From NCBI GenBank assembly GCA_002269645.1, contig NIVC01000129.1:108755-172754 (forward strand): a stretch of 64,000 nt of DNA, written 5' to 3'. This DNA comes from Macrostomum lignano. Its lineage: Eukaryota. Position numbers and translations under genes: made by a program. This document shows positions 1-27,700 of the stretch, piece by piece. Every line of letters starts with the position of its first letter. The first letter of the stretch is position 1. The notes under the pieces were generated by a model that ran no database searches, was not told where the DNA came from, and worked only from the letters and a program-made list of their open reading frames with translations.

Positions 1-629
1 CACCCAGATAGCAAGCATCCCCCAGACAGCAAGCATTCCCCAGACAGCAAGCATCCCCCAGATAGCAAGCATCCACCTAGATAGCAAGCATCCCCCAGAT
101 AGCAAGCATCCCCCAGATAGCAAGCATCCACCCAGATAGCAAGCATCCCCCAGACAGCAAGCATCCCCAGATAGCAAGCATCCCTCAGACAGCAAGCATC
201 CCCCAGACAGCAAGCATCCCCCAGACAGCAAGCATCCCCAGATAGCAAGCATCCCTCAGACAGCAAGCATCCCCCAGACAGCAAGCATCCCCCAGACAGC
301 AAGCATCCCCCAGACAGCAAGCATCCCCCAGACAGCAAGCATCCCCCAGATAGCAAGCATCCCCCAGATAGCAAGCATTCCCCAGACAGCAAGCATCCCC
401 CAGACAGCAAGCATTCCCCAGATAGCAAGCATCCCCCCCCCAGCTAGCAAGCATCCCCGCCAGATAGCAAGCATCCCTCAGATAACAAGCATCCCCCAGA
501 TAGCAAGCATCCCTCAGATAGCAGGCATCCCTCAGATAGCAGGCATCCCCAGATAGCAAGCATCCCCAGATAGCAAGCATCTCTCAGATAGCAGGCATCC
601 CCCAGCAAGCATCCCCCAGACAGCAAGCA
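1..629. repeat. 18-bp minisatellite (ATCCCCCAGATAGCAAGC) in a TLK intron
   Basis: Tandem unit visible directly; gives the GDACYL/MLAVWG pseudo-ORFs. Confidence 0.95.
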
Positions 630-788
630 GTTTAGGTTCGGGTTAGGGTTAGGGTTAGACTTTACTGTCAAATTATTGTATATTTTCACTCAGTTGTCTT
701 TCCTGCCTTAGTCCCAAATCCCAGATCCCTCGCCACGTACTCAAAGCCTCTCTTACATTAAAATATGTAATAAAAAATCCTCAACCAG

Positions 789-1169
789 GTGGACGTGTGG
801 AGCGTTGGCGTCATTTTCTACCAGTGCCTCTACGGCCAGAAGCCGTTCGGTAACAACATGACCCAGGCCGACATCCTGCGCAACCACACCATACTGAAGG
901 CGTTAAAAATCGATTTCCCCCAATCAACGCCCGGCAACTGCAAGGTGTCCGAGCCGGCCAAGAACTTCATCCGCCGGTGCGTCACCTACGACAAGCGCCT
1001 ACGCCCCGATGTGTTCCAACTGGCCGAGGACGAGTATCTGAAGTCGAAGGCGCAATTGAAATTCGACACCACTACGGCGGCCTACTCGCCAGCTGAAGTT
1101 GGCAGCGGCGGCGGCGGCAGCGGCGGCAGCAGCGCCTGGGGTCTCATGCCCCCGCCTGGGCCAGTCTGA
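789..1169 (+). CDS. TLK: Tousled-like kinase, terminal coding exon (gene starts upstream of the window)
   Basis: Acceptor CCAG ends at 788. VDVWSVGVIFYQCLYGQKPFG...DIL...TILKA...F...AKNFIRRC matches kinase subdomains IX-XI of TLK. Stop TGA at 1167-1169. Confidence 0.92.
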   Translation: MDVWSVGVIFYQCLYGQKPFGNNMTQADILRNHTILKALKIDFPQSTPGNCKVSEPAKNFIRRCVTYDKRLRPDVFQLAEDEYLKSKAQLKFDTTTAAYSPAEVGSGGGGSGGSSAWGLMPPPGPV

Positions 1170-1352
1170 TGACCCCCGGCCCCCCTTCCATCGATCCTTC
1201 ATCATTCCTCTATGAGTTGAGCCTCTCCTGCGTTGTATAATCAATCTGATTGTTGAATTGCGGTTGCAGAAAATTTGTCGCCCAGGCTGTTTTGAGTTGC
1301 TGGCGATAATTGCAATTCTGCCTACTCTTTAACTCTTATTGAAGAGCTATCT

Positions 1353-1715
1353 TGGTCTGCCTTGACCCAGGCTGACCCAGATTGATGAAACATGACCTAT
1401 ATTGACCCAGGCTGACCCAGATTGATGAAACATGACCCATATTGACCCGGGCTGACCCACATTGACCCAGACTGACCCAGATTGGTGAAAAATGATCTAT
1501 ATTGACCCAGGCTGACCCATATTGATGAAACCTGACCCATATTGACCAAGGCTGACCCAGATGGATGAAACCTGACCCTTATTGACCCAGGCTGACCCAT
1601 ATTGACCCATTCTGACCCATATTGACCCAATCTGACCCATTTTGACCCAAACTGATTCTCTATTAACTGACCCACTTTATTACATTCTGCCCCACGTTGA
1701 CCCGCCTGACCCATC
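1353..1715. repeat. 10-bp-based tandem repeat (TGACCCAGGC/TGACCCATAT) with ~40-bp higher-order unit, downstream of the TLK stop
   Basis: Seen directly in the sequence. Confidence 0.9.
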
Positions 1716-4390
1716 GGATTCTAATCTGGTCTACCCTGCCTACCTTCGCTAATCTAAATTAGTTAAATAATATTATGTATAATATTGCCATGAATCGCTT
1801 TGTGCTTGCTTTTATATTACTGTTAGTAGATTCACAAGCAAAGCAAATTGTTGTTTGTTGTTGTTGGTATTTTATATTATTTCCAGTCTCAATATGTGCG
1901 GTTCAAGAAGTTCCTGTTGCTTTAAATAAAATTAGTGTTCAAATTAATCAATTACTTCTTCTCTCCATCACTCCGGAGATCCTTGAATTGAAATATTGTA
2001 ATAATATGTGTTCGTTCCCGTCTGTTTCTGCTTAACTCTCCGCGTGTCCTTGTGTCTTTCCGCCCTCGACACTTTCTGCATTATTTATAAGCTTATTGTA
2101 TCGCCTACCTACTGAATATACTACTTATAAATTTACTAACTAGTTTACTTTCCAATAAAGTATCAGTAGTGTATTATAAGTGAGTGAATGATTATTCATG
2201 GTTATAAAATTCATCGCTTATTTAATTTAATTTGGCGCCACAATTCCCAAGCGCTGCTTAACAAATAATGGACAATTTGAACTCGAGTGCCGTTGCTTTT
2301 ATTAACAATATTGCTATGTAATTGGCAATAGCATACGTTCTTCTGCGCTTTAAGCCTAGATGCTTCTTTTATTGTTGTCGTTGTTTCTGCTAAACTGTTG
2401 TTAAATACTTTGACAGCTCCCTCTTAGATATTTAATTAATATTCAAAGTTCGAAGCTGCCCCCACCTACCATTGTTCCCGTGCCCGAGTCTGTTGAGTTG
2501 CTCTTTTCACGCTAAGTGTTTTTACGACGCTATTTAATTATGTTCATCATATCCCAACCGCACTACTTGTGTATACTTGTTCAGTTAGTAGCAAGTAGCG
2601 AAACACAATTTAGATTGCGCAAAGCGGCACAAATCGGGCACACAGTTAGCAAGTCTAAATACGCCTAAATTGGTCTGTCTAGTTTGTTTTAATTTGCTCT
2701 TTCTCTTGCTATCTTGTGTTTCATGCGAGTGCGCGAAGCTTTTTAATGTAATAATAATTTGGCTATTTTTTAATTGCGTACTTTTATTTTGCTGCTTTAT
2801 CGAGGTCAGGCCACTTTGCTGCATATAAAAATATTTCTACCGTACTACTTATATTATACTACTACTATTTTCACAAACGTGATCCGACATATTTTATTGC
2901 CCAACGTATTCTTGTGCGAGCATAGCAAAATATTTTTATTTATTAATATAGGTCGCGCTTCGCTCGCCTTGGAGAGAATTATTGCAAAAATACTAGTAAT
3001 AGTTATTTAATTGGAACATTTCCTGTGTTTCTCTTTTGCCGATTTCAAATGTGTACAGCGGCCTCAAAATTGTAATTCTGTTTAAACTGCCCATCTGTCT
3101 TATAATTTCCTTATGTGTCTGTCTGCCCTCTTTGCTTCTTGAGCTAAATATTATACATATATATACATGCAAATCTATTATCTGAGTGTTCTGCGTCAAT
3201 TTCGTTCCCGATTTATTTTGTATTTGATCAGCTTCTGTGAGACAGCAATGTCTCTTTTTATAGTCTATTGTGTCACTTGTTGTGTCTCAACAATTCGTTT
3301 ACTTATTCGTAACTAGAATAAGAAATCAAACTTACATAATTGCTTGGCGGAGACCCTTAACTGGTAGAAAGCACAGTGTGCCCTTTTCCCACCTCCTTTA
3401 TACCGCGTGCGTATGCTATAACGCAAAATTCATCTCATGATAAATCAATTTTCTATCATCAATGTTCGCTGCTCTTATCATATGTCGGTCATTGTTGAAT
3501 GTTAAAAAAGTAATAAATTTGAAGATGTGCACGGCAATTTTGCGACGACCGAATTTAGCTGCGTAAAAATTCTAATTTAGAAAATTTGCAAAATAATCGG
3601 ATAATTGTTTCTATTTCGTTGTCTTTTTTGCCTGTATAATGGATAAAAATATTACGCTCGTACTAGACGTAAATTGGTTTTTCAAAAAATCTACCATTCT
3701 GGAAAAGGGCATTATGCGATATATGCGTCTACATGTAGTTTGAGCTTGGGTTCAAATCAGTTGCAACAAGTGTTGTCCTATTATGCAACTTTTCGGATCT
3801 ATTGCAATCGATTTCAAGCAAGTCCAGAGCGGTATTTTCGTTATTAAATTTATTACGCTTCTTCAGAAAAAAAGTCTTATTTAACAGTCTGACTTTTCAG
3901 CTTTGCCTCTTCTATTACCAAGCTTGGATAGCCTAAAATAAAACAACTCGCTTTATAATTAAAATCACCTGTTTGGTAGTTGTCAATTTTGTAACGATTT
4001 TTGTCCGTAATTTTTGCCGTAAAAATAAATGTTAAAACAAATTATCACAAACGCAAACAGACAATTTAACACGAGACGTAAAAACCTTACAAGGTATCTT
4101 TGAAAAATTAATATCTGAAATTTCTTTATGCAATAAGACTTATTGACAAACCTAATGATAATTAATTATACACGATATTTCGAAGCTGGTTTCATTTCCA
4201 ATTTCTCTTTTTTGTAAATATTTTAATAGAACCGTCTCAGCTAATTGTAATTGTTTTATGTTAAAGTAATTTAAATCTAAAAATATCATTAGGAATGAAA
4301 GTGTGATTAAAAAAGAATTAGTCTTTATGCATGTTTTCCCTAATATTTTGTCAGTAAAGAAGGCTTAATGTACCATTTTTCAGATTTAAA

Positions 4391-19006
<14,616 letters not shown>

Positions 19007-20872
19007 CTTTTGTCGCTTCAGCCTGACGACAATCATAAGAAATCAATTTTATGCCCCCGGCGGGCAATTTCGATTCCAATTGAGTCAATTTATCCTGCCA
19101 AGAGATCAAGGAATGCGATGACAGACCGATCTAATAATTAAAATAGTAACCGCTAGAATTTTGTTTTACTCTGTTTTAATCCACTGTTAGTAGCTGAAAT
19201 CCCGCATCTTTTTCATGCACTTTTGTCCAATGTCACTGAATGTGACTGTTCTGTCGTTAAAGTTCACGCATTGAAGGTCACACGTCGTGCTTTGTACAAA
19301 ATGAGCGTTTAAACTGCACAATTTTTTCTTGAGTCCTAATCGATACATTTCCTTTATTAATATTGTACTATACCACTTGTTGCAGCTTATATCAGTAGTG
19401 CAATATTTTCGCGCCTGATACGAAATATTTTCTTATGTATGCATTGCATTGTGTCGAGCTTATTTTTTAGCTGATAGAACAAAGCTATTTAACGAATAAA
19501 ACTACGCTTCATAAGCTTCGTTTAGGGTTTAGGCCCAGGGCAATAAAAAGCTGAGCTTTCAGTTTGGTTCACTTAACCCTCTCTAAAATGTACATGCTTT
19601 CAGTTAGCCTTTCCGTTAGTCAACTTCTTTCCCTCTCTCTCCTGAATGTACATTGCAGCCCACCCCCTGATCCCCTGAGCTGGCTGTACATAACCTATCG
19701 GTGTGTTTATCTCAACCCTTTAAATCTCTTATCTTAACTTCCACCCTCAGTCCCCAATATTAATGAACCTTCTATATTTAGAAACCGGCACAAGCGTTCG
19801 CCAATTTGATGAACCATCGCCTACTAATTAAATTAGGTAATTTACTTATTCGTAAAATAATTCACGCTCTCAATTTTATTATGCAGTTAACGAAACTACA
19901 AATATAAGCTAGACATATTTGGCTATTACTACTACTACCAATAGTGATGAATAAGAACTCAAATAGCTACATTTAGTCAGACATTTTTTTCACATACGAG
20001 TCCTATCAACCAACTGCTAGTCCTAAATATCTGGATTCGATATCCATTAATATTTTTCGCTTTATAGTAGCAACAGCAGCCCTACTTCTTGAGCAGCTTA
20101 AACTATCTCTTGATTCTGTATTATTCATTAGCACTTTCGGTTGACTATTTCCTCTCGAATTTTTCGGGGGTTGTTAGTCACAATTTTCATAACCATATAA
20201 AACACTTTAATTTTTTAATTTGCCAGAATATGGTTGTTAACGCTTTTTACATTATGCTGCATATTTTTGTTAGAGTCAGATAAAATGTTGATCGAAATTG
20301 ATTTGTACGCTGCGAAATAGTATTCTGTCTATTTTTACTACACATTAATATACTTTCCTTTTATTGACAAATTATTCTATAAATCGCGTTTATAATTTAT
20401 ATCTTTCTCTGTCCATTTCTATTTGATTGAGTCAGTGCATGGCGCGTCTGCAATTTTTTTGGTCAAAACTTTTTATTTCTATCTCTTATTTCTAGCTCTT
20501 GGTCTCATTTTCAAGCTTTGTTCGAACTGACTGTGTTTAACTGCACCAATCTCTGTCGATAATTTTCGGTTTTTTTATCAGCGGCGACTTTTTTCCTGTG
20601 AAAATTTGCGGGTTTTTCCTTATTATATTCATTTATTTATTCGCTAACAGATTCCAAAAGCATCTAGATAAAACAAACAATTCGATTTTCTAAATACAAA
20701 AAGAGATATTTATTTAATAGCTAAAGAAATAATACAGACTGCCTGACTGTAACTTGTGTGGAAAGTGTATTGTGTCTTTGATCTATTAGCGCTGAATATC
20801 CCCTATTTTGAAAGCTTTCTTTATTGGCTTGGTAAATTTTAACTCGACCAAAAAATACCTGTTTAAGTCAAA

Positions 20873-21295
20873 TCCCTGGGATCCCGGTGCACCAACCCTC
20901 ATGGGTTCTAATCCCCTGGGATCCCGGTGCTCCGACCCTGGTGCTCTAATCCTGGGATCCCGGTGCACCAACCCTCATGGGTTCTAATCCCTGGGATCCC
21001 GGTGCTCCGAACCTGGTGCTCTAATCCTGGGATCCCGGTGCTCCGAACCTGGTGCTCTAATCCTGGGATCCCGGTGCTCCGAACCTGGTGCTCTAATCCT
21101 GGGATCCCGGTGCTCCGAACCTGGTGCTCTAATCCTGGGATCCCGGTGCTCCGAACCTGGTGCTCTAATCCTGGGATCCCGGTGCTCCGAACCTGGTGCT
21201 CTAATCCTGGGATCCCGGTGCTCCAAACCCTCATGGGTTCTAATCCCCTGGGATCCCAGTGCTCCGACCCTGATGCTCTAATCCTGGGATCCCGG
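20873..21295. repeat. 36-bp minisatellite (CTAATCCTGGGATCCCGGTGCTCCGAACCTGGTGCT), left part of an array split by a transposon
   Basis: Unit corresponds to 12 codons. The array resumes at 23869. Confidence 0.93.
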
Positions 21296-23868
21296 TATTA
21301 CGGTTTAGAAACTCCGGGGCTCTGGTCGGTTTTGGGTCGCCGATCCGGAGACTGCAAACGGGCTGGGATCTCCGACCGGAGATCTTAAAGGGTTTAGGAT
21401 CTCCTTCGGAGAATACAAACGGTTAGGGATCTCCACGATCAGAGATCCCTAACCGTTGTGGGATCTCCGGAGCATGGTCAGGTCTCCCTATCCGGAGATC
21501 CAAAACCAGATTCTGTTATCCCCTCGGAGATTCTACACCGTTTGCCGATCTCCGTCACGAGTGCAAAAACTAAGGTTTGGTTTAGGATCTCCGGTTACCG
21601 ATCTCCCCATTTTTATAAAGTCCGAAATCGTAATCGTGCAACGAGTGTTGCTGTAGTTTCCTTCTCTTAACCGTTTAACAATTTTCATCGAAGCATAAAA
21701 GGTAGTAAAAATCGCTAACAATGTCAGTCATTTTTTCCATTTCAAGACATTTTACATTCCGTAAGATCGTAGTTTAACGTTTCACTGTAGCCAGTATATT
21801 TTGCAGCTGTCATGCACCATACCAGGGCAAAAACATGAGCTAGAAACCTTTGATAAATACTCGTACGAGTGCCGTCAGTTCAGAATCCCGCATGCGATTC
21901 TAATGAAAAACTGGAGATTCGCTCAACCATTGTACTTGTAGAAAGCACTTCTTGAGATGCCAGCCATTGACACGTCTAGTGAGTCCTCCTAATCGATATA
22001 CGTTGCGACCGAGGCACCTCGTCACGATGTAGACCTGCTGACTCCAGGTGTATCGCATCTTGCCACCCTTCCGATCATCCCTCCGCAGATTTCGAAGCCG
22101 AACTCTGTCTCCTCGCTTTAGCTCTTGAGCTCCAGCAGCCGAAACCAAGTGACGCTGTCGCATCCAAGGTCCTTGGTCGCATCTTTTCTTGAGCGATCTT
22201 GATTCTACGCGCAATTAGTTTTCGCGCTGCGGCTCGCTTCTTGTCCTTGTTGGCAAGCAATCGCCTGTTGATTTCCATCGGCTCCGGAACCGAAGCCAGT
22301 GCTGCGGCATGATCGCCTAGCAATGGCTCAAAGCCAAAGGCGGCTCTAAAGATAAATGGAGGCATATGAACTAACATTGTCTGCTACAGTATAGAAATAT
22401 GCTTTATAAAATATACTTGATTCTCTATAAACTTTATTACTTTCATATTTTACCTGCACGGCGAGAAGCCTGTCACCGAATGTCGGCGGCTGTTATATGC
22501 GAGTTGAACATCATTCAGCATGGAATCCCAGTTAGTTGGTTCCTCAGAATCACACCGCTTTCTCAGTAGATTAATGCACGTTTGGTTGAGGCGCTCAGTC
22601 TGACCGTTTGTCTGGAGAAAATTAGTGATCTACTCGTACTTAAAAAATGATGCACCACTACTACATAATATCAGAAGCATAAAACATTACTGTTAAGGTT
22701 ACCTGTGGGTGGTAAGCACTGGTCACTCTTCTTTGCGTTCCTCCGGACTGCAGCAGGGCGTCCAAGACAGAGTTGCAAAACTCGCGTCCTTGATCGCTGA
22801 GAATGACCAATGGCCAGCCAAAAAGCGCGAAGATGCTCTTTAACTCTGCTGCGATAGTCAGCGCTTTGATGTTCGGCAACGCCCGAAAAATGGCAAATTT
22901 TGTAAACTTGCAGCATACCGTTTGGTGTGGTAGTCGGCATTGTGATGCAGTCCATGCACAAAAAGCCGAAGAGGCGCTCTGCATTCCTGGGAACTTCAAT
23001 GGGATGCAGCTCCTTCTGCGCTGAAGAAAACTTCTTGTTGACCATTTCGCACCTCGCACACGCCTGAACCACAGCTTTGGCAATCGGTGTTACAGGTATA
23101 TCGGCATAGTACCTTACCGTGAAAAGACTCACGGTGCTGTTCACGCCAACATGGCTCCCTTGAGAATGAAGGCTCAAAACCTTTTCTTGCACTTCTTGCT
23201 CGGTAAACAGCACCTTGCGTCTGTCTTCGGGCCGCATGCGCTTACTGCCATCTTTATTTTTCACCATGTAATACAATGCTCAATCGTGAATGCTAAAATT
23301 TCTGCTCTTTTCCCTGATGCGCCTCTTCAAATTGCTTTTCTCTCTCGAGTTCAAGTCAACAGGAATTTGTGCGTAGTCATTGTTCAGTACATAAAAGAAT
23401 ATTTGATTCAAAGTAGCCATTTGACAAGTAGAAAGTAAAGATAACCGCAAACAGACAATGACTCACAATATGTTTTACTTCACTGCTTATATATGACAAT
23501 CAAATCCCTCGACAAATGCACAGAGACGAAAAATTATGCACAAGTCTGGCCAACCCTAAATTTAGCCCTCACAGGGCATGCAAATGTACGATGTACTAGA
23601 TGGATGAACTCATCGAAAAAGTTGCGCAAGCTATAGGCTGCTCACGAGCTGGGCTTTCTAGAATCAGAGAAATGTAATTTATCTCTTATCTTCCAATTTT
23701 CTAAGATAATAATACTCCGGAGAGTCTAGCCATGGCGGCGATCTGTAACCTTATCTTATGTCATGGTTCCTGATATCCATCCGTGAGGGCGATTGTAAAA
23801 TCGCGTAATTTTTTTGGTTGGATCGCCGGGCCGGAGATCCTTAACTCCGGAGAGCAGAAACCCTAACA
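21296..23868 (-). mobile_element. Ginger-type (Gypsy-integrase-related) DNA transposon, 2573 bp, decayed
   Basis: CCGG duplication at 21292-21295 and 23869-23872. Imperfect terminal inverted repeats (TATTACGGTTT... versus ...AAACCCTAACA, 15/22 match). Contains an intron-split integrase; no LTRs, gag or RT. Confidence 0.8.
21900..23420 (-). pseudogene. Ginger/GIN-like DDE transposase pseudogene with two spliceosomal introns
   Basis: H2C2 zinc motif (LHSQGSHVG...CARC); catalytic D (MDC), D (SDQGREF), E (YHPQ|TNGQTERLN); C-terminal LKRGDRVRLRN...GKM...W...Y. Introns at 22612-22702 and 22346-22453 (GT-AG, in phase). At least 3 frameshifts and one in-frame TGA. Confidence 0.85.
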
Positions 23869-24185
23869 CCGGTGCTCCAACCCTCATGGGTTCTAATCCC
23901 CTGGGATCCCGGTGCTCCGACTATGGTGCTCTAATCCTGGGATCCCGGTGCACCAACCCTCATGGGTTCTAATCCCCTGGGATCCCGGTGCTCCGACTAT
24001 GGTGCTCTAATCCTGGGATCCCGGTGCACCAACCCTCATGGGTTCTAATCCCCTGGGATCCCGGTGCTCCGACCCTGGTGCTCTAATCCTGGGATCCCAG
24101 TTCTCTGACCCTGGTTCTGTAATGCCTGGGATTCCGGTGCTCTGTTTCAACCCTTGTGCTCTAATCCCCAGGGATCCCAGCGCTC
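23869..24185. repeat. Right part of the same 36-bp minisatellite
   Basis: Unit continues as CCGGTGCTCC immediately after the element end. Confidence 0.9.
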
Positions 24186-24700
24186 CGACCTTAGCGCCTA
24201 GTGCTCCAAATTTACATGTATACCGCGATTTTATCCGTTCCCTGCTGTGCTCCAGTCCCGGTTTCTCAATCCCCGGTGCATGCGATACCTGTGCAGTACA
24301 TGTAGTCCCGTTTCTTAAACTTAGAGCTCAATTTTCCTTGACACAATTGTCTCGAATTCTCGATCAGAATACTCTATCAAGTAAAAATCCTGCCTAAAGT
24401 GACTTTTGCATCAAAACTTTTTGTGTTGCGACCGGAATTCCGCGCCGGAAGAGAAAGCATTTCAAGTAGTCTCTAAAAATGATTTTACATGTACGTAAAT
24501 TCAAATATCTGACGAAATTTTCCGGATTTTTAAAAAAGGCTAATAACGACTGCGCGCGCCAGTTCAAATTCTGGTGTGGTAATAAAGTGATAATAATTAA
24601 GTGTGGTACGCGAATTGGTGCAAGGTCTCGAATGAATGCTTAATTAGATAGCTCCATTGTATCTTAAAGACGCAGCTAATTAACTTAGACAGTTTCAATT

Positions 24701-27700
24701 ATGAGACCTGGTCACATGAGCAGCAATGCTGAGCAGCAGAAACGAACGAACCCAGCAGACGATGCAGCCGCAGCAGAGGTTGGTCGAGTCGCTCGAATCA
24801 GGCAGATGTTTCAGGCCGCTTCCGCTGCGGAATCTCATCGCCAGTCCAATTTGAAATCGACCAACAATTCTAGGCTGACAGCCTCATCGTCCGGGATGCT
24901 GCAGGGTCAGGGAGTCAGACAGCAGCAGCAGCAGCAGAAGCAGAAGCCATCGAGTGCCGAATTTCTCAAAGTTCGCTTGAGACGAACGCCAAATGTGGCT
25001 GCCACTGGACGAGAGAAGCCTCAGGTGCAAATCCGATCCATGCTGGCCAATAGGTGAGGGAGTAACTTAATTACTATGCAGAGTGAGAGAGTCGAATTGA
25101 GATTTTGAGTGAGATGAGAAGGGTGGGATAGAGAGTGAGATAGAGAGTGAGATGGAGGGTGTGATGGAGAGTGAGATGAACAGGGAGATGGAGAGTAAGA
25201 CGGTCGAGGGTGAGATGGAGGGTGAGATAGAGAGCAAGGTGAATAGTGGTAGAGGGTGAGATGGAGAGTGAGATGGAAGGTGAAATGGAGAGTGAAATGA
25301 ACAGGGAGATGAACAGTGAGATGGAGAGCGAGACGGTCGAGGGTGAGATGAAGGTTGAAATGGAAAGTGAGATAAGCAGTGAGACGGAGGGTAAGATGGA
25401 GAGTGAGATAGAGAGTTAAATGAACAATGAGATGGAGAGTGAAATGGACAATGAGATAGAGAGTGAGATAGAGAGTGAGATGGAGAGTAAGACGAAATAA
25501 GGGATCATTAAGTGAGTCTGCTCGGCAGAAAAAGCTACACTCATATTCGACCGGAAGAGGTCATATCAAAACCAGTTACTTTGGCTTAAAAGCTACGCAA
25601 GCTCAGCTGAGCCCAATCGGCAGCCCAAACCGCGTAATTCCTCCTTGGCTACTCAAAGGCCTCGCGCATGTATTGGAGTTTGCAGTACAGCGCGCAGGGG
25701 GGTTGTAAAAAACAGATTTTGCATTTCTCCAAGTATAAGCTGCATGGATGCGCACAGGGGACAGCATTGGAGCGGCCGGTATGCTAAATATAAATAATGC
25801 ACGTTACTTCGGCCAGAAAGTATAAATTATATATTACTGTAGGCGCTCAATATTGAGGCCATGAAAGAGAGTTAACTAACCGTGTGAATAAAAGCCTACT
25901 GCGGGAGTTTGAAATTGTGTTTCTAAGTGAATTAGTTTTCGACCTTGGAAAGGCAGGATATTGGAACTTACTGAGAACAATGGCCTGTGCAGCACCAGGG
26001 CTAAAGGGAAAGGAAAGTTTATATAATTAACACTACATTTACTAAAAGATGCTCTTAGAATTTACATGCAGTACATGCTACTCGTTAGTACAGGTAAAGA
26101 AAATCGCACACGACTATATTTCTCTGGATCAATTTATAATATTGCGCTACAAAAATTCGTTTATAATATTTTTTCTTAATTTACCGATAACCGCTCTCTT
26201 AATACTCTGATAATCTCCTTCTAAATCTACCGAAAATTAATCGCCCTCTTAATCCACCGATAATCTCCTAAACCCACCGACAATCTCTTTGTAAGTCCAC
26301 CGATAATCTATTTGTAAATCCACCGTCGCCCTCTTAATCCACCGATAATCTCCTAAACCCACCGACAATCTCTTTGTAAGTCCGCCGATAATCTCTATGT
26401 AAATCCGCCGATAATCTCTTTGTAAATCAACCGATAGTCTCATTGCAAATCCACCGATAATTGCCGTATAATTGCCTTATTGCCTTAATCCACCGATCAT
26501 CTCCTTGTAAATCCAACAATAATCTCCTTGTAAATTTACTGATAATCTCCTCGTAGATCCACCGATAATCTCCTTGTAAATCCACCGATCATCTCCTTGT
26601 AAATCCACTGATAATCGCCTTCAAAGGTTTTCTTCAAACCTTTACCTTTTAATCTTTTTTTAAAAATAGTCGCTTTTTCGCACATGCACTACTTAAATAG
26701 CAGACAATCAGTAGCATAGAAAGAATATCCAGCTAAATATTAGTACTGAAGCCGCGCCCCGCACCCACTATTGCAGCGACGCCACCGCAGCCTCCAGTAG
26801 CGAGGACGAATCCGCGGCAGCCTCCGTCCTCGGTGTTGTCGCAGAACTCGAACGTCGAGCGAATCGGCTGCGTCAGCTGACGATAGAGCTGCCGCGATGG
26901 CCGGCCGACGGTCTCGGAGTCGGACTGGCGGGCGTCGGCCTGACGGCAACCGGAAGCGGCGGCGGCGGCGGCGGCAGCGAGCGGATTGGCGTCTACGTGA
27001 AGTCGCTGACGCCAGGCGGCTGGGCTGAGCGGGACGGCCGCATCCGACTGGGTGACCAGGTGAGTCACAGCTGAGCAGGACTGATGGCGCACAATTTAAC
27101 TCTCCTGTTGCAGTTTAAGCTCCCCCTGTTCCAATTTAAGCTCCCTCTGTTGCAATTTAAGCTCCCTCTGTCGCAATTTAAGCTTCCTCTGTTGCAATTT
27201 AAGCTCCCTCTGTTGCAATTTAAGCTCCCTCTGTTGCAATTTAAGCTCCCTCTGTTGCAAATTAAGCTTCCTCTGTTGCAATTTAAGCTTCCTCTGTTGC
27301 AATTTAAGCTTCCTCTGTTGCAAGTGAAGCGCCCCTGTTGCAAGTTAAGCTCCTCTGTTGCAATTTAAGCGCTCCTGTTGCAAGTGAAGCGCCCCTGTTG
27401 CAATTTAAGCGCTCCTGTTGCAAGTGAAGCGCTCCTGTTGCAAGTGAAGCGCCCCTGTTGCAAGTGAAGCGCTCCTGTTGCAAGTGAAGCGCCCCTGTTG
27501 CAAGTTAAGCGCCCCTGTTGCAAGTGAAGCGCCCCTGTTGCAAGTGAAGCGCCCCTGTTGCAAGTAAAGCGCCCCTGTTGCAAGTGAAGCGCCCCTGTTG
27601 CAAGTAAAGCGCCCCTGTTGCAAGTGAAGCGCCCCTGATTACAAGAGCTCTTAGGACAAAAACTGCGCACCCGGAGCCTCATCTGCATGCAAATTCCAAA

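Noticed and set aside
1775-4080. Short AT-rich ORFs between TLK and SCAI
   Set aside because: No codon bias, motifs or convincing splice structure.
21296-23868. LTR retrotransposon reading of the integrase
   Set aside because: No gag, RT or LTRs; it has introns and TIRs. The flanking repeats are a split minisatellite, not LTRs.
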